From: Sphyrna mokarran
Lineage: Eukaryota
DNA: 64,000 bases
Reading direction: 5' to 3'
Assembly: GCA_024679065.1 (NCBI GenBank)
Contig: JAGIQG010000004.1
Location: forward strand, 33,232,001 to 33,296,000
Below are positions 24,980 to 37,545 of this stretch, one piece after another. A program made the position numbers and the translations under genes. Position 1 is the first letter of the stretch. Every line of letters begins with the position of its first letter. The notes below the pieces were generated by a model. It saw only the letters and a list, made by a program, of their open reading frames with translations, did no database searches and was not told the DNA's origin.

Positions 24980-25584
24980 TCTATGAAATATACCAGAGGA
25001 ATGGTATTGTTTTTTAGTACAGCGTTAATTTACTTCCTGATGGCAAACTTAAATGATTTTTATTGCAAATAATTCTTTCAAAATTTTTGCAAAGGGAAAA
25101 AAATCTGTTATAATCATTTGTCAACCTTTGCAATACTCCTATTTTTACATTCCTATAAGTTTCTAAAAACATATTTTAGAAAGGATAATTAACAAAGTCT
25201 ACAGGATAAAATTGAATAATATTGGCAATTAAGAACAAACCTTTTAACAGTTTATTGGCAATTTTCCAAAAGAATATGTTCCCCCCCGCCCCCCCACACA
25301 CAATTAATCTGACTGCTTGGACACATGTTTCTATTCATGAGGGGATGTACAGCTACATTGCTTCCAAACCTCTGCCAACCCATCCACTATTATAATCTTA
25401 TATAGCATAATTTCCAAGCCTACATTTTTGACTATGAGCAATAAAATTCTTTGGCTGCGTTGCAATATTGTTTCCACCTTTAACAAATACTGTCTTCTGA
25501 AGTAATCTATCACAAAGTAAAATAGGCTAGCAACAAATTAAATGTTACTGGTGAATAAAATGTTTATAAGCTTTGGTTACTTAC

Positions 25585-25813
25585 GATCTACAAATGAAGT
25601 AAATAGCATTCGGAATCTGCTGAGCCTGCTGCCCTCATCAGCCCACATACGAACCACTCCAACTCCAGTTTGTAGCATTACATCATTAGCTACTGTGCTA
25701 CAAAACTTTGCCTTTAGGTTTTCAATAGCACTGCTCCCATCATATACGGCAACAAAGTTCCTCTTGCATTCATTGGAGTGATCCATTTGATAGTCCAGAA
25801 AGCGTAAATAAAT
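25585..25813 (-). CDS. NETO2: NETO2 exon, second part of CUB2 (229 bp)
   Basis: atAG|[76 protein letters not shown]; donor C|GTaagt. Confidence 0.95.
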
Positions 25814-26304
25814 CTATCAAAGAAAAATACATTGAGGTACAATGACAGCGTGCACACATATGTTTGTTTATTCTTTACAGGAAAAGGCTATTGCTACATT
25901 TCTTTTCATTTAAAGAGAAAGAAGATCAAGAAAGTGCATTTTTTTGTGTTTAAAAACATTAGAATTGAATCTCCCAGAAAAACTGCAGTTTTTATTTCTT
26001 GATCATCATCATCTTTTCGCTCTAATTTTTTAAATTGTTTTCTCTTATTTTATTTTTGAATGGCAGGAGGAGGAGTTAATATTCCTCAACTTGAGCATGT
26101 TGGAGGTGGAGGTGGACAACCCTTTCAATATAGTATCAGTTATGGTACATCCCATGAGTCATAAAGCTCCCTCCATTTTTATATATCTTTGGAGAACAAT
26201 CCTTGCCCCTGCAATTTACCAATTTTCCAAAACAACTACCCTTATTCTCTTTAGATGGCCTATTATGCTGAAACTTTTGCAGCTATCACGCTGAAACATT
26301 TAGG

Positions 26305-26705
26305 AACATTATAACAAGAGTAGGCCATTCAGCCCCTTGGGCCTGCTATGCCATTCAATTAAATCATGATTGATCATGCACCTCAACACTGCTTTCCCAT
26401 ACTATCTCCATATCCCCTGTTATAATTACTCTCCAGAAATATATTGATTTTTGATTTGAACATGATCAATGATAGAGCTTCCAAAGCCCTCTAGGGTAGA
26501 GAAAGATTCACTCCTTCTGAGTGAAGATATTCCTCCTTCTCAGTCTTAAATGAACCATCCTTCATCCTGAAATTATGTCTTCTGGTTTTAAACTTACCAA
26601 CCAGGGAGAAAACCTTACCTACAACGACCCTGTTGTGCCGTGAGAGAATGTAATAAATTTCATTGAGGTCACCTCTCATTCTTGGGGAGTACTGACCTAG
26701 TCTCC
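26305..26705 (-). mobile_element. CR1 LINE 3' fragment
   Basis: RMRGDLNEIY...TRRHNFRM; similar to 31170-31560. Confidence 0.7.
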
Positions 26706-28316
26706 CATTTATAAAGATAATCAAAAATTACAGTGTTTAACCTGAACTGAAGGATTGATCTTGATTAGAACAATAAGTCTACCTTTCAGATGGTGAACTT
26801 AGATTGACCAATCTATATATCATTTACCAGATAAACACAATGAACATTTTCACATTGCCCAATATACACAGCCATTAACTACATTACTGTCTGGATAAAG
26901 TGCTTCAGTATACTAATATTAGATGAAACTCCTTCCCAGATGTGGCAACAGGAGCATTTTTATAAGGCTGTTAAAAGAAAGCTATTCAACATAGTTCATT
27001 TTCTATAGTTTCTCAGTCTTAAGCTAGATGCATTCAATTAATGCCATTGCATATTCTGTATGTGTCTAAAGCCAGATTGTGAGATAATGCTCTGCAATGA
27101 ACATCTGTTTTGTTGTCAATATAGGTGATTAGTTAATCCTTGTCAGTTCACATGTGCATTTTTTGACAAGAGCTGTAGAATGATTGACCCAAAAATGATC
27201 CACATCTATAACTATAAATGGTGAACAACCTGTATAGCAACATTTCAATATAGTCCATTACAAAGGAAGTTTGAATGCAAATCTCAAAAGATAAAAGAAT
27301 GGTCCTCCTCCGTACTGAAGTCTCCAGCTTTTGACAAAACATTTGTTAGAAAAATCACAGAATCATTGTTCCCAAGTTCCATAATTACTTGTAACAAAAA
27401 CTGTACGCGATCGGCTTTGATTTCAAGCACCATGTTTTAATAAGACTGCACTATTGAAGAGAGCACCAGGTATATTTTTTCTGTAAAACCTTACCAGTGA
27501 GTGGAACAAAACACAACAAAGCTGTGTTGAAAACAAATTTATCTCTGTTCCAATTCTGTAGTTCACAAAGTGCAGGGATGCAGTATCACAATTACCTTTT
27601 TTCAGTACTAATTGGGGAACATTATGTAAAGAGCCACTCTCTTTGAGCCTTACCTGATATTAATCTGCATAATAATGATTCCATTAACCAGTATTGACTC
27701 AGTGATATTGTTAAATGTTCAATACCAAGGTTGAATTAAATATTTTGTGGTCTTAAGATCACGGTTGCACTGGGTAGCAAATTGAATTTTATTTATCACA
27801 TATTATGGTACTAGCATGCATAGTATAAAATAGTTTAAAATAGAGCATGACCCAATAGTAATTGAAAGTGCTTCTTAATGCTTTGTTCAAAATATAAATG
27901 TTATTGATATGAATTATTTTATACAGCAGGATATGATCGACATATTTGAAGGACATTTTGAAAGGCAATTTGGCAAACAAGTCATGAAAAGAAAATAAGT
28001 TGAACATCATTTTTAATCACTTATGTATAAAGTGGTTAAATGTCAAGTGGCAGTTTACTTGTAGATTTCAATCTCAGTGCCTTCAGCAGCAATTCATATT
28101 AATCAGAATTCAAAGAAAATAAATGGCATTTGGCAGAGAAGAAGAATTGGCATCTTTAAACCCTCTGCACATTGACATCACAGGTGTTTGGTTGCTAATG
28201 GAAATAACTCAAGTGACAATTTTTCTCTCTAAATCATTATCCGCAATGTTAGTTATATCCCACCAACCTTAATACTATTTTTTGTCTGGCTTTAAGGCTG
28301 TAATATACTGTTACTG

Positions 28317-28377
28317 TTATTAACATTCTTAAAGTTAAGACAACATTATTAACATTCTTAAAGTTAATCTAACATTA
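28317..28377. repeat. 29 bp tandem duplication
   Basis: ttattaacattcttaaagttaa(ga/tc).aaca at 28317 and 28346. Confidence 0.8.
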
Positions 28378-28429
28378 GACAGCCCATTACATTCCAGCTC
28401 GTACAATTTAAAGAAAAAAATCATTTTAT

Positions 28430-29410
28430 AGGAAGTGGGCATCACTGGCTAGGCCAGCATTAATTGTCCTTCTTTATTTGATTTTCAGAAGGTGGTGGTG
28501 AGCTGCCTTCTTGAACACTGCAGTTTTTGAGGTGAAGGCAGATCCACAGTTCTGTCAGGGAGGGAATGGCAGGATTTTGACCAAATGACAGTGAAGGAAG
28601 AGTGATATATTTCCAAGTCAGAATAGTGAATGAGTTGGAGGAGAAATACAGGTGGTGGCATTCCCCTGCACCTACTGCCCTTGTTGATGGTGTTCCCAGG
28701 TATCTGCTGCTCTTGTTCTTCTAGATGGCGAGTTCTTGCAGTGCATGATTTAGACGGTATACATAGCTGCCACTGTTCGTCAGTGGTTAAGGGATTGAAT
28801 GTTTGTGGAAGCAGTAACAATCAAGCGGGCTGCTTTGTCTTGGATGGTGACAGGCTTCTTGACTGTTATTGGGGTTGTATTCATCCAAGTAAATGGAGAT
28901 ATTCCATCAAGCTCCTGGCTTGTGCTTTGTAAATGGTGGACAGGCTTTGGGGACTCAGGCAGTGAGTTACTTTCCACAGGCTACCTAGACTTTGACATAT
29001 CTAGTAGCAACATTATTTATATGGCTAGTCCAGTTCAATTCCTGGTCAATGGTAACCGGAATGATGTTGATAGCGGGGGATTCAATGATGATAATCCTAT
29101 TGAATGACATGTGTAATGGCTGGATCCTCTCTTGTTGGAGATGATCATTGCCTGGCACTTGTGTGCATGAATGTTACTTGCCATTTGTCAGCCCAAGCCT
29201 GGATAGCATCCAGGTCTTGCTGCATTTGGACATGAACTGCTTCAGTATCTAAGGAATCATGAATGGTGCTGAACACTGTGCAATCATCAGCAAACATTCC
29301 CACTTCTGATGATGATCAGATATGATGAAAAGGAGGTTGATGATAAAGCAGCTGAAGATAGTTGGATTTAAAACACAACTCTGAGGAACTTCTGCAATGA
29401 TGTCCTGGGT
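28430..29410 (-). mobile_element. L2/CR1-group LINE 3' fragment
   Basis: SPFTWM, IQDKAARLI, IQSLNH remnants. Relatives at ~33350-34200(+), ~53640-54130(+), ~14010-14310. Confidence 0.6.
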
Positions 29411-31169
29411 TAATATAGTAAAACATATAGCTATATCTGCATCTGTGAAATAAATAATTCATTTGCATGGTTTCATTAAATATGATCATTAACTGGAATG
29501 TTCACAAATACTTTTAATATTATAGTATAAGTAATAAAAGTTAATTAAAATTAATTCAAAATGCACAACATCAGACATGCATTGATCATGAGAATACTTC
29601 AGAAATACCATACAACTACATTATTACACTAGGAATGTGGTCGTTTGGTGGCCATTTCAGGTTTTTGAAAATTATCAACCAAGTACCAAATTAAATTGCA
29701 ACAGTTATTTCCTTAAAAATGCAGTTTGCCATCAGTATGTTTGTGTTGCTTTGAATGTGAGACTTTATAAGATGATTACATTTTAAACTGTCATCTTTAA
29801 TTCAAGGTGAAAGAGAGTAATTTGGAGAGTGAGATAGGACTTGATGCAGGATTGACCTGCAAATAAACCCATGTGATCTGTTTGCCATGGAATCTGGAGT
29901 CCAGATCAAATCCTATTAGAAGTAAGGTGCAAACTTTAACACCTGGACACAAAGCAAGTAGCAGCTGGCTTTACTGCTATCCAGACACAACTATTCTTGG
30001 AGCTGTCAGACTGAAATGTTTGGGGAAGGAGATCCACAATAGGTGCTGCCATACCAGGCAGAAGAAAAGGACTACTTTTGAATTATGCACCAAGCTGAGG
30101 GCTGCTGAGAATCCATGTTTGACAAAACAAGAACTATGAAGAGATAAAGATCATGGAATCACAAGGGGTATCTTACAATGGGAAGCCTATTTGATTATGC
30201 GCAAATGGTTGAGTGAAGCAGTCTTTGTTTAAAAGGACATTGGAAGATCATCCTGGTGAAGCTAAGGGAAGAGATCTTATTTGAGCTGAGAGAAGTTTTG
30301 AACTCTAGACACAAGGATACATCTTTGCACAGAGTACGTCATAATATATAAACAAGCTGTGGGATTTTTGATTCTGCCAATAAGTTACCAGGGAATAACA
30401 TTTTCTGTAATTTAGAGTATTAGTTGCCTGCTAAATAATGTTAAGTCTATGTTGATTTTAATGTGCTTGTTGCAGCAAGAGTCTTAAACTTGGAATCTTG
30501 CTGTGTGAGTTAATTATTTAGAAATTCATGGCTGGGATCTTCTGGTCGTTCACACACTTCCACCACTGCAAGCGCTCAGCCAAATCTTTGTTCACAGTAG
30601 CGGGACCAGAGAATCCCACTGGCATGAATGGCCAAAAAATTATGGCCTTTATCTATTGCTAATGCATGGTATCATTCTCTATGGGGACCACTATTAAAAA
30701 TGTAACTGTTATGGAGAATTGTAAATATTCCCTTACATTCATCTATTTCTATTTTTAATAAATTTATTGGCCAGAGAAAGTTTATTGAAGTTTTTTTTTC
30801 ACATGGATTGTTAGCACAGCTTGAGATTATTGCCAAGAAAGATTGAAGGGAAAGTAAAAATGTCCTTGCTATCGATTTTCAATCCTTTGAGATTTAAATT
30901 TATTGTGGTTCTCAGCTAAAGTGGAAAAATCAACAACAATTTAAGTTCAATCTGTACCTTGTGTCCACAAACTAGGATGACGACCAATAAATGTTCTCCA
31001 GGAAGCCACTTACCGAACAATGTTCTTTTTTGCCTATCCACTCTTCATTTCTCTGTGCCACTATTCTGAAACTGCCAAGTGTTTCAGTTTGAACATAATG
31101 CTAAAAATGAACTATCGTACAAAGCTCTAGATAGGAACCTCAATTAAAGGTTCTCTCTGTGCACTGCCT

Positions 31170-31952
31170 TCTAAGAACATAATATAAGAAGTAGGAGCAG
31201 GAGTAGGCCAACTAACCCCTCGAGCCTGCCCCACCATTCAATAAGATCATGGCTGATCTGAAGTTCCACTTATCCACCTGTTCCCCATAACTCTTAATTC
31301 CCTTATCGATCAGGAACTTAGACATATTCAATGAGTAGCCTCCACCACTTCAATGGGCAGAGAATTCCAGAGATTCACTACCCTCTGAGAGAAGAAGTTC
31401 CTCCTCAACTCTGTTCTAAACAGACCCCCCTTATTTTGAGGCTGTGCCCTCTAGTTCTGGTTTCCTTCCTAAGTGGAAAGAATCTTTCTACCGCTACCCT
31501 ATCTTGTCCCTTCATTATCTTATATGTTTCTATAAGATCCCCCCTCAGCTTCTAAACTCCAACGAGTACAGGTGCAATCTACTCAATCTCTCCTCATAAG
31601 CTAACCCCTCATCTCCAGTATCAGTCTAGTGAACCTTCTCTGTACTCTCTCCAAGGCCAATATATCCTTTCACAAATAAGGGGACCAAAACTGCACACAG
31701 TACTCTAGTTGCAGTCCCACCAGTGCCCTGTATAGTTGCAGCAAGACCTCCTGTTTTATATTCTATCCCCCTCACTATAAAGGCCAACATTCCATTTGCC
31801 TTCTTGATCACCTGCTGCATCTGCAGACTGGGTTTTTGCAATTCATGCACAAGGACCCCCAGGTCTCACTGCACAGTAGCATGCTGCAGCTTTTCACCAT
31901 TAAATAATATTCCATTTTACTATTGTTTCTTCCAAAGTGGATCATCTCACAT
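31170..31952 (-). mobile_element. CR1 LINE 3' fragment
   Basis: QQVIKKANGMLAFIVRGIEYK and a typical CR1 3' UTR; frameshifted. Confidence 0.85.
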
Positions 31953-31973
31953 CTACAAAGTATAAACACATAC

Positions 31974-32101
31974 CTTAGCTCTTGGCGGGGCTCTTATTGT
32001 CCAAATGCAATCAATAGCTTCTCCAGGCTTGATTTTCTCTTCCTGTTCGACTTGCCGAGAGTGGATGATCCCATCAGGCCCTGATAGCTCAAACTGGCAA
32101 T
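31974..32101 (-). CDS. NETO2: NETO2 exon, first part of CUB2 (128 bp)
   Basis: ctAG|(D)[42 protein letters not shown]|GTatgt; phase 1 in, phase 0 out. Confidence 0.94.
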
Positions 32102-33119
32102 CTAGATAGGCAAAATATTAATATTACTGGAAAATAAACAAGGAAATATTAACATTTTAACCTAAAATAGCATCAAAAATCTACCTTGAACATATAGAGA
32201 GGGAATTTTACCAAAATGTCTTTGTGTGTCAGGCTCAGACTGAAAACTGGTATGAAGTTCTCCAGCTCCACTGGTCAGTTTTCTTTCCAGATTCTGAGCC
32301 TCTTAGTCAAAGATAATGAGTGGACATGGGTTATCCATCACTCTGATGAGCTGGAGCCTCATAGAGCCAACAAGACCCATTTCACTGAGAATGGGGATGC
32401 CATTTTTAAAGAATGTCCCTGATTAGAACAAAAAGTCACACATGGTCATACATACCATCACCATTCCCATTCCCATCCATGCAATCTTCCCCAGCATTCC
32501 CATTCCCACTCACACAATCATCGCTAGCATTCCTGTTCCTCCTGTTTTATTATTGCCAGCATCCCATTTGCAATCCCAACATCTGTATAATCATTGTTGG
32601 CATTCCCATTTTCCCTTCAGTGCCCATTCCCCCCCTCCCACCACACATAAATGAACTCTCCCCATGAAGCTGCCACTATGGTCCACCCCAGCACTGCTCC
32701 TTGGTACAGGTGGAATTTCTGGTTGGCACTGCCAATGGACAGTAGACGGCTATGTCCCTCTCCTCCCAGGGGCTATACTTAATTTTGTGCCTCCAAAGGG
32801 ATCCCCTGGACAGTTTCTCATTTGGCCAAACACCATTGGCGAGGCATGAATATTTAACGTGGGGGATCATGTGGCGGGAGGTTCATTAATAATATTTAAA
32901 TTCATTAAAATGTATTTAAATGGAGTTCCTGCCCCAATGTCACAAAAGGTGTAAACCTCATGACATTGTTGGGAAGAGGCAGACAAAATCAGGAGACACA
33001 ATTTCTCCAGGAAGAATCGTGTTTCTCCGATTCTTTCCATGTTTTTCACCCTTGCTGGCAATTGCAGACAGAGAGAGTGCGGGTTCAAAACTACCCCCCT
33101 CCCAAAATATTAATCATAC

Positions 33120-33164
33120 CTGGAATGGGGTTCAAGATTCCACCAAGGTAGATAAAATCAGGAT
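33120..33164 (-). CDS. NETO2: NETO2 45 bp inter-CUB linker exon
   Basis: atAG|(D)PDFIYLGGILNPIP(D)|GTatga; matches the NETO2 linker DPDFTYLGGILNPIPD. Confidence 0.92.
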
Positions 33165-34468
33165 CTATAAAAGTAGAAAATTGTGATCATATTTTCAATG
33201 TAAATGACATGTTAAACCATGCAACATTTGATAAACACATCTAAAAAGCTTGTCTTTTGAAGGAACATGGTACAAAGGAAAGTTGTCATGGTTACTGAAG
33301 GCTAATCATCACATCGCTAGGATACTGCTGCAGGAGTTTCTCAGCAAAATAATGTTCAGGAGCATTTGGCCAGATCTAGGCTCATCTGTTAAGCGACAAG
33401 TAAGAATTATGCCATGTAGTTATCATGTAACAGCCATCTCCTAGAAGGGAAAATTAGCTTCAATAGCCAAAATGGAGTCCTCAACCATTAACATCTTAAA
33501 GATCAACTTTGCCAGGAGAATTAACTGGACCAGTCATATTAACTCTATATCAATAACAGTGGGCAGAGGCTGGTAATGGGGACAGTGTGTGTTAAAGGCA
33601 TTGAAGTATCCAATCAAACATGATTATATTGAATGGGAGAACAGGCTCAATAGGCTAAACAGCTTATTCCAACTCCTATGCTCCCAAACTCTGACAAATG
33701 GTTCATCTCATGATTCCTCAAAGACTTCTTCCCACTTATAAAACTAAAGTCAGCAATTCCCACTTTTCTGGATAGGCACTACAGCAAGCATCTTGACAAC
33801 ATGCAGGACAGAGCATCAACCGTCATGAATCAGCACTGATAATCTGCCTTCAATATTCATCTGCCTGCATTGTGGTTATTGTATGCCCAACTTGTAGGGT
33901 CCACTGCACCAATTCACGAAGACTCATTCAAAAGCATCTCCTTCCCCATGGACCTGAAAGGTCTCCTTCATGGATATGGAGGACTGCAGTACAAGTGTCA
34001 TAGGAACGTTATTGACTTCTCATTTTCCATAAATCATACAGCATCCTGGTTTGTGAATATATTCCCATTCCTTCACTGTCATTGGTTAGAAGACTGAAAT
34101 TTCTTAAAACCATTATGGAGGCATTATCATTACATGACAGTTCAAAGAGAAGACTCTCTATTACTGCTGTTGAAACAAGAATGGATGTGTAGTAAATGCA
34201 TCTAATTTTCTTTTCAAATGAAACATGATTGAAGCTTTCAAACCATTTGGTTCCCTTAAATGAAATGCTGGATGCATTTGAACAAAATGTTCAACTTCGG
34301 TAGGAGCCTAAGTGGACAGTGACAGATCAGCCTTCCATAGAACTGTAATAAGATGGGGTGAAGAATGTATAGCCTAATTGCCAGTTCTTGTATTAAGCCC
34401 TTATAACTGTTAATAGTATACTCAGTGAAAAAATATAAAGTTCCTTTTAATAATAATAAATTAGTTAC

Positions 34469-34717
34469 CTGGTACAAAAGAGTATTTCGCTCGAAATCCA
34501 AAGCCTTCTAACTCCTCATCTGAAGTAAACTTTATCCATAAGAATCTTCCAGATGATTTAATGAGCGATGGACTATTTTGGCCACAAAAGCGGTTTATCA
34601 CACGGGAGAATCCAAATGGTCCATCTCTGACTTCCAAATGATCAAATCTACAATCCCATGAAGGTTCAATGCTGTAAGGTTCGTCAAAAGTGAGTTCAAT
34701 TCGCTGGCGGGGAGCAG
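34469..34717 (-). CDS. NETO2: NETO2 exon, main part of CUB1 (249 bp)
   Basis: gcAG|(A)[12 protein letters not shown]...[14 protein letters not shown]...[10 protein letters not shown]|GTaact; phases 1/1. Confidence 0.95.
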
Positions 34718-34810
34718 CTGCAAATACAGCAAAATGATAACAAGTTCCTGCAGGTCAAGGCGTACATCCAGGTTCAAAGTGTATTCAGTTACCAAAGAAA
34801 TGTACTCATT

Positions 34811-34937
34811 GGGTGGGATTTTATGGCCTCGTTTGTCCCGAAAGTGTAAAATCTCACCCAAGGTCAGTCGACCTTTCCATGGTCCACCCCTTGCCTGCTC
34901 CAATTCCTGTGGCAGGTGGGCCGGTAAGATTCTGGCC
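34811..34937. mobile_element. Short MITE (Harbinger-like) with 3 bp TSD
   Basis: gggtgggattttat...gtaagattctggcc flanked by att/att; close relative at 43709-43830. Confidence 0.7.
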
Positions 34938-35152
34938 ATTATCTCTGAGAACATTTCAAGTAGGCTGGTTACAACTGCGTTGTTTTATGACAGGCTTCTA
35001 GCTGAGTAATTTTGACATATTATAAAACATCATCATTCCAGCAACTGCTGTAGATGATCCATAATAATAAACATGGACAGATCTTTGTTGAGAATTGATA
35101 TGGGCTCCAACTAGCACCATAGAGTTAGACGCAAATGAATAAATCACATTAC

Positions 35153-35293
35153 CTTCCAGTATGTAGATACATTCTCTATTAGGGGGGTAGACATTCGGGT
35201 AATTTGGTGAAGCAAAATATCCACCGTTTTCATTCCGAACCCAAACTCCACATTGCTTTCCTGATTTGTGATGTGGTATGGCATTCTGTAACT
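35153..35293 (-). CDS. NETO2: NETO2 exon, start of CUB1 (141 bp)
   Basis: acAG|(E)[46 protein letters not shown]|GTaatg. Confidence 0.94.
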
Positions 35294-36929
35294 CTGTAAA
35301 ATGAAATAATTCTGCTTATTGAGATTTATGTTTTACAGAGCGGATAGAATGTTGATATATATAGCTGGTAGGTATGTGCCTAGGACAGGTCTGGTGCTAA
35401 ACAAGCTATAATTTTTAATAGAGATCATGATGATTTGGAACCAAATACCTCTCTCCTAGCTATAAAGTAGGTCAACTCTATACTCTGCTCAAGAACAATC
35501 ATTTTTTGGAGTGTGTACGTGCAAGAAAAGGTAAGAAGACCAGATTCTGAACCTACTCAACGTGAGGGTCGCCACCTAATGTTAAAATATTGATGTGGTT
35601 TAGACTTGAATGGCTAGAAGCAGATTTCAGACAGATTCAATTGGAAGTACATAATTTTCACCCAGCTTTCTGAGGATTACTTATTGGCATTGCGTGTAAA
35701 GGGAGATTGCTAGCTGTAGAAAAGACAAACCACATGTAAGTGAAAGTTAAGATGAAAACAATTCAACTGGAGGATTACCATTGGCTGAAAAGGTTCCAGA
35801 AAGCCTTTGGGAAAGCTTGTCAACTCTCTTGTCAAGGTTGAAGGGGTACGGGAGTAAGAAAATTACAAGAAAAAGTGATGCAAAAAAAAGCCAAGGTGCA
35901 TTTATGAGTAGGTGGGCAAAGGACAGAAAGTCCCTTTGTGCTATTCAACAGCACTTACCCCAAAATCCCCACCCACCGATCACCTCTGAAATATGTCTGT
36001 GAGGAGATGCAGCTAACTTTCAGACTGCAGCTTACCATTATTGTCACTGGATATGCCATCTCTATGTGCATGGACGGCATAGTTCTGCAGTTGATTCTCT
36101 GATGACCTGGACCCTGTGAAGATAAGTCACCATTGGTCATTGCCAGTTAGATATGCCAGGGTTTCACTTATATTTGGTAGTACCTTAATGGATACAGCCA
36201 ATCAGGTTATGTTGAACGTGGTATACCTTATCCCATTCAGCCTTGCTTACGGCATAGGATATTATGGATGGGCTGTTTCTGGTAAAGTATCCTCTATTTT
36301 GGTTAGTTGGGCATTCATAGGCACATACTGGTACCAATGCAATCAAAATTTTAATACAGCACAGAAGGAGACCTTACAGCCTGGCTTACCTGTGCTGGAA
36401 TTTTGAATGAATTTTTAAAATTAATCCTATGCCCCTGCTCTTTCCCAGAGTCCTGCAAACTTTTCAATTTCATCCAATTCCCTCTTGAAGGTTATTATTG
36501 AATCTGCTTCCACCACTCAACTGAGTCAGGTGAGTCAGGAGGTAAAGAAGCATGAGTAATAGAGAGAGATAAAACAACCAATGTGTCATTAGATAATGGA
36601 AGAAGCTAACTAGTGTTGGCTGTTGAACTTCTTTATCCTGATTAGGAACAAGACTTGTTTATTTCTGCTAAGTTTAAGTAATAGTCTTGTCAATGGATGC
36701 ATGGCAAGGAACCTCTGCTAAGTCAAGTGCACATCCTGTATTATGTGGGAACTCCAGGTTACTTTTCAAGTCACCAATAACCACACATTGAGGAAGTATT
36801 GTCACCCTACAGTTTCAAAGTGTGCAGGCAGAGATTGAATGACTGGCTATCAGAGAAACAGAGAGGGCCAAGCACATAGTTCAGGAACCCTGTGAGTGCA
36901 TCTTGCCCTTTGATTAGTATTCTATTCCT

Positions 36930-37545
36930 AAAAATAGTGAAACAATTATTCCTTCAGGGAGTGCAGCCAGAGTCAAATACTTTGCATCATGGGTGGCATA
37001 GCTGTAGGGTGGAAGATTGGGGATGATTGAGGAGAAAGTTTAGAAAACCAATTTATATGTCATATGGATCCAATACTTTGGGGATCAGATAGGCAGTTCC
37101 TTGTCTACAGACATGATTCAAGGATCCTATGTTGCCTCCTTGGATCATGCATGAGACTGAGTGGCTGAAGAATGTTCTGAGGGTGCAGAAGAACTGTCAG
37201 AGATTGTGGTGCTTATTGGTACCAATGAGATAAGTAGAGAAGAAGAGATGAGGTCATGGCGGATGACGTGGATTTTAGGGATTTGGAAATAAATTAATAA
37301 GCAGAACCTCAAAAGTAGTAATCACTGGTTTATTCCCGGTGCCGTGCACTAGTGAGTATAGAACAAGAAGGATGGGTGCAGATGAATGTTTAGTTGGAGT
37401 GATGGTGTATGAGGGAGAGTTTTAAATTTCTGGGACATTGGGACCTGAACAAGCTAAGCAGATTGCACCCAAATAGGGTCAAGACAAGCATCGTGGTGGG
37501 AAGGTTTGCTGGTGCTATTGGGAATAGTTTAAATTAACTGGGTAG
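36930..37545 (+). mobile_element. Decayed CR1 ORF1 (esterase-like) fragment
   Basis: Remnants of xCCLPG and EIVVLIGTN motifs with stops and frameshifts. Confidence 0.5.
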
